Shown here: positions 17,847-28,500 of the stretch, piece by piece
How the letters are laid out: each line of letters begins with the position of its first letter
Position numbering within the stretch: the stretch's first letter is position 1
NCBI GenBank assembly: GCA_964545425.1
Contig: CAZJGQ010000001.1
Span: forward strand, 1-57,986
DNA: 57,986 nt
Source of the DNA: an uncultured Chthoniobacter sp.
GTDB lineage: Bacteria; Verrucomicrobiota; Verrucomicrobiia; Chthoniobacterales; JACTMZ01
Reading direction: 5' to 3'
Translations under genes and position numbers: made by a program
Notes under the pieces: model-generated
The model's input: the letters and a program-made list of their open reading frames with translations, nothing else
What the model was told of the DNA's origin: nothing
The model's database searches: none

Positions 17847-19115
17847 TCAGTTTTCGTGCCGTTCGACCCGGCCGAAGCCGCTGTAAAAGGTTGCTCGATC
17901 GTCGCGGCAAAAGCCAGCCAGGGTGAGGCCCCAACGCTCCGCGCATTCGACGGCAAGGGAGGACGGCGCGGAAATAGCCGAGAGCACGGGAATGCCGGCG
18001 CGTGCGCACTTTTGCACTATTTCGAAAGAAACGCGTCCGCTCACCGCGAGCACGCCCGCGCGAGATAGCAAATCCTCCTCGAGCAGGAAACCAACCACTT
18101 TGTCCACCGCGTTGTGCCGTCCGATATCCTCGAAGACAGCGAGAATTTCCCCTTCGACCGTTGCCGCCGCAGCCGCGTGGCTGCCGCCGGTGCCGGTGAA
18201 GGTTGATTGACGTTGCCGCATCGCCTCATGAATCACCCGCAAACGGGCCGCATCGATACGCACGTCCCGCGTGACCGGCACGACATCGCGCAGCACATCG
18301 TCCAGCGATTCCTTGCCGCAAAGTCCACAGGAAGACGTCGCGGCCAAGCGACGCGCCCCGCCGGGCAGATCCGGACATTCGATTTCCACCTCTACCACGG
18401 TCGCCGGTCCGCATTCCTCCTGCCCGTAGACCATGAACCCGCCTTCTCCGGCACCTTCGGCGTGGAGGAGCCCGCGCACGAGATAACGCTCTGCGCCCGG
18501 CGTTTGCATGGTGACCGAATACGCCTGCCCATTAACATTGATCTGCAGCGGGCGTTCCGGGGTCAGTGAGTCGACAACCTCTGTGATCTTCGCCTCCGTT
18601 TGACGCAGCGCGCGGTAAACCGGCACCTGTGAAGCCGCAATCTCGAGATCGGCCGGTCCGCAGCGCAGAGTTCCGCCAGTCAGGATGCGGCAACGCAAAC
18701 CGCCACGGCCCGCAAGAAAAGCATTGGCTCCGGGCGCCACAGCCTCGTCCATCCAATAACACGGTTTGCATTCCTCAACGCCCTCGAAGACCACACCGTT
18801 GACGGCAAATTGTTTTCCGATGAGGGAGTTCAGGTCAGCCCCCGAAACAAGAACATTGCGGCGCAACGAGGAATAATCGGGCTGCGCGATCCCCAGGGTG
18901 CGGCACATCTCATCGACCACCTTATGGTCCAAGAGGGTTACTTGCGTTTTCGCCCCCGGGTCTTCGCCATGGTAGCGATCGCCCGCGAGCCCTTGCCCTG
19001 CTTCGCAAATCGCTGCGTCCACACGCATAATGCCATGATTACGCCGTCCCTTGCCGTGACGGCCTTTGAAATCATGGCCGGGAGAAATCCAAATGTCGTG
19101 AATGACGATCTTCAT
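17847..19115 (-). CDS. fdhD: MOSC domain fused to FdhD sulfurtransferase (formate dehydrogenase accessory protein), 422 aa
   Basis: The N-terminal ~155 aa is MOSC-like (RRNVLVSGADL, ECKPCYWMD, RGGLRCRIL). The C-terminal part is FdhD (SSCGLCGK, DIGRHNAVDKVVG, SGRVSFEIVQK). Confidence 0.8.
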   Translation of the reverse strand: MKIVIHDIWISPGHDFKGRHGKGRRNHGIMRVDAAICEAGQGLAGDRYHGEDPGAKTQVTLLDHKVVDEMCRTLGIAQPDYSSLRRNVLVSGADLNSLIGKQFAVNGVVFEGVEECKPCYWMDEAVAPGANAFLAGRGGLRCRILTGGTLRCGPADLEIAASQVPVYRALRQTEAKITEVVDSLTPERPLQINVNGQAYSVTMQTPGAERYLVRGLLHAEGAGEGGFMVYGQEECGPATVVEVEIECPDLPGGARRLAATSSCGLCGKESLDDVLRDVVPVTRDVRIDAARLRVIHEAMRQRQSTFTGTGGSHAAAAATVEGEILAVFEDIGRHNAVDKVVGFLLEEDLLSRAGVLAVSGRVSFEIVQKCARAGIPVLSAISAPSSLAVECAERWGLTLAGFCRDDRATFYSGFGRVERHEN

Positions 19116-19720
19116 TTCTGACCGATCTTGGCCCGCGCTACGGCAAGATCTTGTGGGGTGTTGACATTGGTCAGCGCCGGCGCGTCACCTCCGGAAACAT
19201 CTAGCAAGACGACGTTTTCTTCGACCATGATTTGACGCGGAGAAAATTGTCCGCGCGCCGCGTAGCTCGCAAGAATCGGCCGAGCCGAAGGCCCGTAGAT
19301 CGCGCAAAGCGGCTCGGGCAAACCATCGGTCGAGTTGGCATAAGCCACGAAGGGAAAACCAGGTTTCCTCTTATGGCACTCCAAGAGTCGCGCGAGCAAG
19401 CCCGCATGGACGAAAGGCAAATCGCAAGCGAGGGCAAGCCAGACTGCTTCGGGTGCTGTACTAAAAGCCGCCATCAATCCGGCTAACGGACCTTCTGCCC
19501 CCGGATCGTCGCGAAGCACCAGCACGCCCTCAGCCCCTAGCGGCACATCCTGTCCGTCGCGCAGCGAGATATAGGTCTCCGCGCAAAACTGCCGCAAAAG
19601 CCCCAATGCGCGTCCGGCTTGACTCAGTTCGCCTTCAATAATGACCAAAGACGCCTTGTCGCGCCCCATGCGCAAACTCCGCCCCCCGGCAAGGAGTAGA
19701 CCGTTCATCTGGTGCTTCAT
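19112..19720 (-). CDS. mobA: molybdenum cofactor guanylyltransferase
   Basis: LLLAGGRSLRMGRDKA is the MobA P-loop-like motif, and LACDLPF is also present. The stop overlaps the fdhD-fusion start (ATGA). The start could be 19720 or 19708. Confidence 0.75.
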   Translation of the reverse strand: MKHQMNGLLLAGGRSLRMGRDKASLVIIEGELSQAGRALGLLRQFCAETYISLRDGQDVPLGAEGVLVLRDDPGAEGPLAGLMAAFSTAPEAVWLALACDLPFVHAGLLARLLECHKRKPGFPFVAYANSTDGLPEPLCAIYGPSARPILASYAARGQFSPRQIMVEENVVLLDVSGGDAPALTNVNTPQDLAVARAKIGQK

Positions 19721-19807
19721 CGGTCGCAGTGTATTCGCCCGGACGACAAGATGTCCGCCAGCTAATTGCGCCAGGCGGCGGCACTTCGCCGCAAACACCA
19801 AGCCATT

Positions 19808-20041
19808 TCAGCCGCCGTTGTCGCCGATCGCTTCAACCGGGCACCCTTCCATGGCCTCGACGCACTTGGCTCGCTCTTCAGGTGTGTCGGGCTGTTTGTA
19901 CACATAAGAGTGTCCACCGTCGTCTAAGCGCGTAAAGTTGGCTGGGGCTGTTTCCCGGCAGAGGTCACAGTCGATGCACTGATCATCGACATAAAACGGA
20001 CCGGGGGCGTTTTGAGCGTATTTATTTTCGACTTCAGCCAT
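19808..20041 (-). CDS. small [4Fe-4S] ferredoxin, 77 aa
   Basis: Cluster motif CIDCDLC...CP. It is the first gene of the minus-strand operon ending in the YdeP-type enzyme. Confidence 0.8.
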   Translation of the reverse strand: MAEVENKYAQNAPGPFYVDDQCIDCDLCRETAPANFTRLDDGGHSYVYKQPDTPEERAKCVEAMEGCPVEAIGDNGG

Positions 20042-20406
20042 AGTTTAATTTTGGTTCAGTTTCCGCCTCGCCCGCTTTTTTTGAAATACTCTCCGTAGTG
20101 TGCTCGCTTGCGTCCGGTTCTCCATAGACTAGCACAAACAATCGTACATCGCTCTGCCGACCGCTATTGCTTTTCCGGCAGAATTATTCGTTTTCGCAAT
20201 TTGCATGCGTGACTTCTAAACGCCCAAACACCGCAGCACGGTTCGGCCGGAGATGGGAACCCGAAGGTTCCACAAAAAGAATGTAAACGGTTCAAAAAGC
20301 AGTGCGGGAACAGAAACGCATGCGATATTTATCAGCACAACATGCACAGCGATCCGCCCTCCTGGGAACGCGGAATTTCCGGAGAGGCAATCGCCGTCGA
20401 CCCCCC

Positions 20407-21198
20407 ATGTTCTCACCGCAAAACCAAAACTCTGTCCATGCATTCTCGCTTGTGGAATTGCTCGTCGTCATAGCCATCATCGCCGTCCTCGCTGCTGTGG
20501 CGGTGCCGGCTGTGAGCAGGGCGATTGAAAACGGGCACAAGGCAACATGCCTTGGCAACATGCGCACGCTCTCGGCCGGGCTTCTCCAATATACCGCGGA
20601 CAACAACAATATGTTTCCGGGTTGGGGATGGGCCTATAATGACCCTTCCTACGCGAAGCCCCCAGACCGGGCCAACCCACCGCCACCATTAAAGCCAAGG
20701 GAACCCGGACATGGCGATGTGAGATGCGGACTTCTAATGCGGGGGGGCTACGTCACCAGCGAAAATGCTTTCTTGTGTCCCGCCAAGAGAGACGTAAAGG
20801 CCCTCGGATACACTCCGTGGGGCTATACCGGTCGCCACGCGGGATGCACCTACGCGTTGAACGGAGAAGTCGGAGCATCGCTTCGCCGGGACAAGAATGA
20901 TGCCTACATTGACTTTCCCCTTTCAGCGCTCCGCACAGCGCCTTCCGGCACCGTGATGTTGATCGAGGAGTCTGGCAAGAATTCGTGGCAATATGACAAC
21001 AGCATCGTACGCTTCGACTACTCCGATCCAGACTACATCGACTCGCTTGGCACGACTTTCCACGCAGGAGTGGGCAACGTTGTTTTTTTTGACGGAAGCG
21101 CCCGTTCGATGACTTGGAAACAGTGGCGGGAGAACGCCTACGAGGGCGGCCGGGACAAAGCCCGGCAGTTCTTCGGCGGACTTGCCAGCGACCCATGA
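20407..21198 (+). CDS. prepilin-type N-terminal cleavage/methylation domain protein with a C-terminal H-X9-DG motif
   Basis: The ATG at 20407 gives ...HAFSLVELLVVIAIIAVLAAVAVPA (a type IV pilin-like leader). The C-terminal HAGVGNVVFFDG fits H-X9-DG exactly. Confidence 0.85.
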   Translation: MFSPQNQNSVHAFSLVELLVVIAIIAVLAAVAVPAVSRAIENGHKATCLGNMRTLSAGLLQYTADNNNMFPGWGWAYNDPSYAKPPDRANPPPPLKPREPGHGDVRCGLLMRGGYVTSENAFLCPAKRDVKALGYTPWGYTGRHAGCTYALNGEVGASLRRDKNDAYIDFPLSALRTAPSGTVMLIEESGKNSWQYDNSIVRFDYSDPDYIDSLGTTFHAGVGNVVFFDGSARSMTWKQWRENAYEGGRDKARQFFGGLASDP

Positions 21199-21251
21199 CG
21201 AGGCGCGGCGCATCCGGCAGCCCAAAGGAAAGAACCTGAGCATCAATCAAC

Positions 21252-22487
21252 ATGAATACCCACGCACCAACCCGATTCGAAAACGTAATCAATTCCCCGG
21301 CTTTTGTCGCCGATCCTTACGAAGTCTTCTGTCAGATGCGGACGGAGGATCCGGTGTTGTGGAGCGAGGGCATCGGCGGTTGGATCCTGACCCGCTATAA
21401 CGACATCGTCGTCTCCTTCAAGGAAACCTCGAGTTTTTCCAACGAAGGGAGGCTGGCGCAATCGGTGGAGCATCTTACAGGCGCGTCTCGCGAGAAGCTG
21501 GCCAAATTCGAAGCGCATTACCGGACCAAAGGATTGCTCCATTCCGATCCGCCCGACCACACGCGTCTGCGTGCGCTTGTCACCAAGGCGTTCACGCCGA
21601 GAGTCATCGAGACCCTAAAGCCCCGAATCAAAGAAATCGTCACGGACCTGCTGAAGGAGGCGTCGGCGCGAGGTGATATAGACATCGTCAGAGACCTGGC
21701 CATTCCCCTCCCCGCTACTGTCATCGCCGAAATGCTCGGAGCGCCAACGGCCGACCGCCACCGTTTTCGCAAGTGGGCTGACGATCTCCTCGCCTTCCAG
21801 GGTATCAATAAGCCCCCGGAGGCCGTGCTACTCCAAGCCCAAGAATCTCTGATTGAGATGAGGGATTACCTAATGGTGCAGATCGAGGAAAAGCGCACGA
21901 ATCCGAAGGATGACCTGCTAACCAAGCTGGTGCAGGCGGAGTCCGAAGGCGACAGGCTCTCCGTCGCCGAGCTCATCAATACCTGCGTGACTTTGCTGGT
22001 CGCCGGGCACGAAACGACAACCTCTCTCCTCGGAAGCAGCGTCTTCACTTTGCTCAAACATCCAGAGGCACTGGCCAAGATTCGCGAAGATTGGGATCTG
22101 CTGCCGCAGGCCATCGAGGAAGTGCTCCGCTATGAGAGTCCGGTTTCGCGTCAGCCGCGCCTGATGAAGCGCGATTTTGAATTGGACGGCAAGCTGCTGA
22201 AAAAGGGCGAGATCGTGTTCCAAATGCTCAACGCAGCGAACCGCGACCCTGCGCATTTCGAAAATCCCGAAACTTTCGACATCTTTCGCAAAAACAACAG
22301 GCACCTTGCTTTCGGTCAGGGCATCCATTTCTGCGTGGGAGCAACGCTGGCCAGGGCGGAGGCTAACATCGCCCTGAAAACGCTTTTCGAAATGTTCCCT
22401 AACATTGCGCTAGTCGATCCGAATCCCGATTGGGATGTGGAGAAGCGGAACTCGCGTATGCTCAGGAAGCTGCCGGTTTCAGTTTGA
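21252..22487 (+). CDS. cytochrome P450
   Basis: Heme-binding loop [15 protein letters not shown]-helix LLVAGHETT and the ExxR motif EVLR. Confidence 0.9.
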   Translation: MNTHAPTRFENVINSPAFVADPYEVFCQMRTEDPVLWSEGIGGWILTRYNDIVVSFKETSSFSNEGRLAQSVEHLTGASREKLAKFEAHYRTKGLLHSDPPDHTRLRALVTKAFTPRVIETLKPRIKEIVTDLLKEASARGDIDIVRDLAIPLPATVIAEMLGAPTADRHRFRKWADDLLAFQGINKPPEAVLLQAQESLIEMRDYLMVQIEEKRTNPKDDLLTKLVQAESEGDRLSVAELINTCVTLLVAGHETTTSLLGSSVFTLLKHPEALAKIREDWDLLPQAIEEVLRYESPVSRQPRLMKRDFELDGKLLKKGEIVFQMLNAANRDPAHFENPETFDIFRKNNRHLAFGQGIHFCVGATLARAEANIALKTLFEMFPNIALVDPNPDWDVEKRNSRMLRKLPVSV

Positions 22488-22551
22488 GCCGGGCGTTTGT
22501 GGCCCGATCCCCAGCAAGCAAGACGGCCGGCGTCCGGGAGAAATTCCTGTT

Positions 22552-23529
22552 CTACCGCTTCTTCTTCGGGGGCGACTCGTGCTTCCTGCTGCGCCTCATC
22601 CCATCCGCGTAGCGGGTCGGCGCCATACCCATGAGCGCATGGAAGGACGTGTTGAAATGGCTGAGGGTCTCGAAGCCCACATTGAATGCCACCTCCGTGA
22701 CGCGGGCGTCGGGCATGCAAAGCATCGATGCAGCCTGCGAGATCCGGTAGGCGCGCAAATACTGGATGCAGCTCATGCCGAGGGCGCTGCGAAACATGGA
22801 CTGCAAGCGGCTCAAACTTAGGCCCACGGCGCGCGCCAGATCGCGGACGTAGATCGGCTCGGCAAAGTTTTGATGCATGTAGTCCAGCGTTTGCTGGATA
22901 ATCGACCAATTCACATCGTGTTCGCGGAGTTGGTATTCCCGTCCTACGGAATCCTCCCAACGGAAAAATTCGAGGAGAGCGTCCAGCAGCAGGGATCGTG
23001 TCCGGAATTCACTCCACGCGCGCTCGGAATGAAGTTCCGCGACCAACTCCACAAGGAGGGATGCCATTTTATCCGCAACGGACGCCTTCACGCGAACGAC
23101 GCGATCCTCGATCCGGGACGGCATGGTGAAGCGGGCCAGAGCCCTGGCCCCGTCGCGCTTCGGGGCGATTTCCAGCAGCAGGACCGGCGAAAAATAAACG
23201 GATACGGATTCCTGCGGCAAACTCTCCAAAATCGGATAATGCGGCGTGGCCGGCCCGAGCAGCATCACGTCCTTCGGACGACGCGACACCTTTTCCGAGT
23301 TCACGTATTGCGTGCACGTTCCGGCAAGGACCATGTTCAGTTCGCAATGCGGGTGCTGCTCCGGAAATTGGACGCCCGGCCTAGGAAGCGAGCCCGAACC
23401 TTTGTCGAACCTGACGACACGCCCCCAAAGCGGGCGGGAAAAAGTGATGGGCAAACGCGCTTCGCGCACACTCCCCAGCCATGCCAGATCTTTGACCGAG
23501 GGGCTCTTAGTTTGGGCGGATTTTTTCAT
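22552..23529 (-). CDS. AraC family transcriptional regulator
   Basis: The ATG at 23529 gives MKKSAQTK.... The C-terminal dual HTH is IYVRDLARAVGLSLSRLQSMFR...VTEVAFNVGFETLSHFNTSFHALMGMAPTRY. It is divergent from the Ldh2/SDR pair. Confidence 0.85.
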   Translation of the reverse strand: MKKSAQTKSPSVKDLAWLGSVREARLPITFSRPLWGRVVRFDKGSGSLPRPGVQFPEQHPHCELNMVLAGTCTQYVNSEKVSRRPKDVMLLGPATPHYPILESLPQESVSVYFSPVLLLEIAPKRDGARALARFTMPSRIEDRVVRVKASVADKMASLLVELVAELHSERAWSEFRTRSLLLDALLEFFRWEDSVGREYQLREHDVNWSIIQQTLDYMHQNFAEPIYVRDLARAVGLSLSRLQSMFRSALGMSCIQYLRAYRISQAASMLCMPDARVTEVAFNVGFETLSHFNTSFHALMGMAPTRYADGMRRSRKHESPPKKKR

Positions 23530-23689
23530 CAGGCGCGAAGACAGGAGTGGTTCGAGACACTGAGTATCAGTCGCGCATCGGCAAAGAAACCACAAGTCGC
23601 GGATTCAAAAACGTCGCTGATCTGCGCGAAAAGAGTAAGCGCGCGGCGGGCAATCATGATCTAGTTGGACCCTCGACCGACGGCACGAC

Positions 23690-24757
23690 ATGACAACCTG
23701 CAAATCACCTGTTCGCCCGGAAAACCTCGAGGGTTTTCTGGTTGCCGCCATGCAGACAAACGGACTCCCGGAAGCCGACGCGCGGACAACCGCGCGTGTT
23801 TTTGTCACCAACGACACCTGGGGTGTCTACACGCACGGCAGCAAGCAGATCCGGGGGCTGCTCAAAAACTACCGCGACGGACGGATGAGCCTGACCGACA
23901 GGCCGGTAATCGAGCACGATGGTCCGGGCTCGGCCCTCATCGACGCCCGCCAGACCATGCCCGCCGTGGTCTCAGTGCAGGCCATGGAATTGGCTGTGGC
24001 CAAGGCGCGAAAAACCGGCGTTGCCTTTGTCGCGGTGCGCAACAGCGGACACTACGGAGGCGCAGGTTATTACGCGCACCTTGCGGCTGAGCAGGGCATG
24101 ATCGGCATGAGTTTCACCAATGTGGATCCGGGCGTGACCGTTCCCGGCGCCCGCGTGCCGCTCCTTGGCACCAACCCCATCGGCTACGCGATCCCAACAA
24201 ACAAAGAGCCTACGGTGATGATGGACATCGCAACCAGCGTGGTTGCCGCGAGCAAAATCTACGCGTTGCGCGAACTCGGGAAAGCCATTCCCGAAGGATG
24301 GATTATCGACAAGGAAGGTCTTCCCACCACGAATCCAGAGGGCTATCCGGCGGTCGGCGCGCTTTTACCCATGGCGGGGCATAAGGGCTACGGCATCGGT
24401 CTTCTTATCGAAGTCCTGACCGGCGTGATCGCGGGCGGCGCGTTCGGTGAGCAGGTAGTGAGCTGGGTTCTCGAGGACCCCACCCCGGTGAATCAATCGC
24501 ATTCGTTCCTCGCCATAGACGTCTCGCACTATCTCGATGCCACGGATTTCCGCAACCGCATGGACGAACTCGTCCGCTTCATCCGCAACGCCCCGCGCGC
24601 CAAGGGTGCCGAGCGGATCTATCTTCCGGGCGAGCTGGAGTGGGACGCGCGCGTCGCTGCCCTCGAACACGGGATGATGCTGCCCGATCACGTGATGGTC
24701 CGACTCGAAGGACTTTCGCTCGATACCGGGATTCCGTTAGAAACCATCTACGGATAA
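23690..24757 (+). CDS. Ldh_2 family (malate/L-lactate/sulfolactate-type) NAD(P)H oxidoreductase
   Basis: Family-typical blocks are VAVRNSGHYGGAGYY, LLGTNPIGYAIP, MAGHKGYGIGLLIEVL and GELEW. Confidence 0.8.
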   Translation: MTTCKSPVRPENLEGFLVAAMQTNGLPEADARTTARVFVTNDTWGVYTHGSKQIRGLLKNYRDGRMSLTDRPVIEHDGPGSALIDARQTMPAVVSVQAMELAVAKARKTGVAFVAVRNSGHYGGAGYYAHLAAEQGMIGMSFTNVDPGVTVPGARVPLLGTNPIGYAIPTNKEPTVMMDIATSVVAASKIYALRELGKAIPEGWIIDKEGLPTTNPEGYPAVGALLPMAGHKGYGIGLLIEVLTGVIAGGAFGEQVVSWVLEDPTPVNQSHSFLAIDVSHYLDATDFRNRMDELVRFIRNAPRAKGAERIYLPGELEWDARVAALEHGMMLPDHVMVRLEGLSLDTGIPLETIYG

Positions 24758-24772
24758 CCCGCGCGAAGCCCA

Positions 24773-25573
24773 ATGAAACTTTTTGACCTCACTGGCCGCA
24801 CCGCCATCGTCACCGGAGGTGCGGGGTCGCTTGGGTCGGCCGTCGCGAAGGGATTAGCGGCGGCCGGGGCGAAGGTGGCGGTGGCTGATCTTCAGCAGGA
24901 AAATGCGGACAGGATCCGTGATGAAATCGCCCGCGGGGGTGGACGTGCGGCAGGCATTGCCTGTGACTCCACCCGCGAAGCCGATGTGGCCACGCTTTTC
25001 GACAAGGCGGAGGCGGAACTGGGCCCGGTCGACATTCTGGTCAATGCGGTGGCGTGTCCCATTGCGCGACACCAACCGCAGGATGTGACGCTGGAAACCT
25101 TTCAAGGACTGCAGGATGGCATCCTCAAATGCTTTTTCCTCACCTGCCGCGAAGCGGGCCGCCGGATGATCGCGGCGAAACGTCCGGGGAGCATCGTGAA
25201 TTTCGGATCCATCGGCGGAGAGAATGCCTTGGGACGCGGCGCGATGCCTTATGGAGTGGCCAAGGCCGGCGTCGGCCAACTCACGCGCGAACTCGCCTTC
25301 GCGTGGGCCCGTCACGGTATCCGCGTTAACGCCATCCTGCCCTGCCAGTTCATGAATTCCATGTGGGCCGCGCAAAAAGCCAGCCCCGAGACCTCGGAAC
25401 TTTTAAAAACGGTGACGCGCGGCATTCCCATCGGGCGCTTCGGGGAACCCGAGGAGGTCGTCGGACCGGTCATCTTTCTCGCCTCCGGAGCTGCTTCGAT
25501 GGTCACCGGAGTTCTGCTTCCGGTGGACGGAGGTAACTTGGCCATGAACGCCGGCGGCTCCGTCGATTGGTAG
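24773..25573 (+). CDS. short-chain dehydrogenase/reductase (SDR)
   Basis: TGGAGSLG cofactor motif, NAV, and catalytic YGVAKAG (YxxxK). Confidence 0.9.
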   Translation: MKLFDLTGRTAIVTGGAGSLGSAVAKGLAAAGAKVAVADLQQENADRIRDEIARGGGRAAGIACDSTREADVATLFDKAEAELGPVDILVNAVACPIARHQPQDVTLETFQGLQDGILKCFFLTCREAGRRMIAAKRPGSIVNFGSIGGENALGRGAMPYGVAKAGVGQLTRELAFAWARHGIRVNAILPCQFMNSMWAAQKASPETSELLKTVTRGIPIGRFGEPEEVVGPVIFLASGAASMVTGVLLPVDGGNLAMNAGGSVDW

Positions 25574-25594
25574 CGGAAACCGGAAACGGTTCAG

Positions 25595-28500
25595 CTAGCG
25601 GGACGGACCGCCGCGATACAACTCGAGTTCGTTGATATAGAACGGCTTTCCTTCTGGCAGATAGAGCCGGATATAGCGCGCGGTGAAGGGAGGCACGCTG
25701 CGGTCGACGCGATCCTCTTTGTTGTCGGAAACTTTCTCCACATCCGCCCAAGTGAAGCCGTCGTCACTTTTCTGCAATGAGAAGTTGGAGGGACGCCATT
25801 CGGCGACCGGCGGGGTCGAGACAAGCACGTAGCGGTCAATGGTGCACGGACGCTCCAAGTCGATCTGCAGCCAATCGTCCCCGGAGGCGATGCGGTCATC
25901 GGCATAGATGGCAAAGGCCGAACGGGGGTCTTCATCAACCGCGTTGAACGGTTGGGTGGCAAAGGACAGCAATTTGGAACGCGCGTATTTGCCGAGCGCG
26001 AGGTTTTCCTCACCGGGTGCATTCGGTTTTTCGACCGCGGGTTCGCTGCGGGTGTAGGTAATGACTGGGTCCCAGGCCAATTTGCCCGCTTGGTCTCCCG
26101 TGGCGGCGACGACGAAGTTGAGCGTATCGCCTTGGGCCACCTCGACAGTCAGGTCGTGGGCGGCATCGGCATCCTTGGCACCCGCCTCCGCATGCCAAAG
26201 CTTCTCGGCATTTTTCAGCAGACTGGCGGATGCGAGCGCGGGAGATTCCTCAGTGACATGACCTTCGACGCGGACGGTGCCCGCGTGGGGTGCCACCCAC
26301 TGCCGCACGGCGTCACGACCAGGCTCGGCGATCTGGTAGCTGTCGCCGATCCGCACTTCTTTCTCGCCCTGCCAATCGCGGGTGAAGACCTCATCGCTTG
26401 CCAGGAAGCGCAACCGGTTCTCTTTGTCACCCGCGCGTTCGAGGTAGCGCCAGTTGTTCTTGCCCATGATGCTGCTAAAGCCGAACGACGCGCGACTGCT
26501 GTCCGCCGCGAACTCGAAGGCCATGTGCCCGATGGCGCTCCCCTTCGACTTCGGATGTTGCTCGCCCTTGACCACCACTTTGATCGTGTGCGGCTTGTCG
26601 GGATCGAGCCCGGTTTTCACGAAAACAAAGTTTTCACTGACCGTGGCACGGGGACTGTAGCAATCGACGGTCTTGGATAGTTCGCCGTCGATGTAGACAT
26701 CCGCCTTTCCGCTCTCCGGGGATCGCAGGGCGCGCCAGTAGATGTCGGGACCGGTGAACGAAAATTCGACACTGCTGCCGGCCGTGCTGCTCTCGTTCAA
26801 GCGGCCTTCGTAATATTCCTTCGGGTTTTCCTTCACCTCCCACTCGCCGGAATATTTCATTTCGGAGCTGGCGGATCCGACAATCTTGGTGCGGCGCGAA
26901 AGGATCGGGTCGGAGGACTCGGGGTTCGGCTGGAACCCGAATCGCGGCGTCGGCTGATTCACGCTCATGGGTTTGTCAAACAGTGTGATGTCGAGGTTCT
27001 GGTAAGAGTTGTCGGCAAAGAACGAGTAAAACCGCAGCCGGTCGTCGCAGGTTTCGATGTCGTTGCCCCCGGCATTGAAGAGCTTCATGAAGCCGTGCAT
27101 GCCCTCGGGGAAATGTCCCCACACCCAGTCCTGCTTCGACAGGTCGGTGCAGGTTCCGATGATCACACCATCCACGTTGTAGCCGAAAGGCGGCCACCAC
27201 GGATCTTTGTTGTAAGGCGCGATGCTGATGTAGCGCTTAAGCTTCGTGCTGTAGAGGATTCCCCAGAAAGCGCTCGCGCCGACGATGCTCGACTTTCCGC
27301 CCAGCGCCGGCTGGTCCCATTTGCCCTCGTAGAAATAACTCCATTTCCCCGGAGCCATCTTGTCCGAGATGGCGCAACGGGCCACGCGTGGCGCCCAACG
27401 CGCGCCCCACTCGCCCTTGGGATACCAGCTCTCCAGAGGATAAATGTAAAAATAGCCCCCGCGGGTATCGACATAGAAACCGAAGTCCGCGATCCCGTTG
27501 GAGGTGTCTCCCCCGGAAAATTTGTAAGCGTCGCGCGTGTAGTAATAGGTCTCGGGCGTGATGATATCGCCCTCGTATTTCCATGTCTTGCCCTTGTCCA
27601 CGCTGGTGGCGAGGCCGATCTTGCGGGAGAACCAACCCCATGCGGGATGGAAACGGTAGTTGCCTTCCTGTTCGATGTGGACAGGCGCATAGAGTTTCCG
27701 CTCGGCTTGGTCATACCAAAGTCCGCCGAGTAACCACCCGAGGCCGACTTCCGGCGGATAGGTGCCGTCCTCCAGCTTGGTCATGTTGTCGATGTCCGGA
27801 CCTTTGAAGCGGCCAATGCGACCCTTGTCGGCAATGAAGTCGATGCGGAACATCCACAACTCGCCGTCCATGCGCACGAAGGCGTGGCAACAATCCGGAT
27901 TCAGCTGGCCGGGGAAGTCGAGCGGCTTCGGCCGCGGACGGTCGGAAACCTCTGCCTCATAGCTGAAGGGCAGGGTCACGTCTCCCGCGGCATATTCGAA
28001 CGGCCCCGGCTTTCCGCCTGCGGCCATGGAAAAGATGTTCGGACCTGACAAGCCGATCCCCTCGCCTTTGTCGGGCGAGCCCGGCTCCGGTGCGGGCGAA
28101 GGCGCGGCGGCAACTCGCGGCGCGGGCTGCCAAGGCGCAACAGACGCAGTCGCTTTGTCGTCGGGTTTGAAATACTTCGTGTTGAAATAATTTTCGATTG
28201 CTTGGACTTCCTCGTTGAGCCCTTGGTCGTCCGGCGATTCGAACCGCCGCGCAAAGACAATGACCTCGGCAATCTCACCCTCGAAACGCGTGTCGCGGTT
28301 ATACTCGCCTTGGTGGCCGGTGATGGCCAATGGCAGCTTGTCGGCCGCAGCCAGTCGCAGCCCGTTTTCGCGATACGCGGTGTGGTATCCGCGGGGCACG
28401 CGCGGAGAGGAAACATCTCCATCGTAGGTGCAGAGCGCGCCGTGGCGGCGGGCCAGAATCTTTTTCCATTTCGGAGAATCCTTGGTGCGGAAAATGATGT

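Noticed and set aside
20042-20185. Possible Moco riboswitch in the 5' leader of the ferredoxin/MobA/FdhD/YdeP operon
   Set aside because: The leader contains hairpins (CTGCCG...CGGCAG, GTGCT...AGCAC). I could not find the conserved Moco-motif core sequences by eye. A covariance-model scan (Rfam RF01055) would be needed before making any claim.
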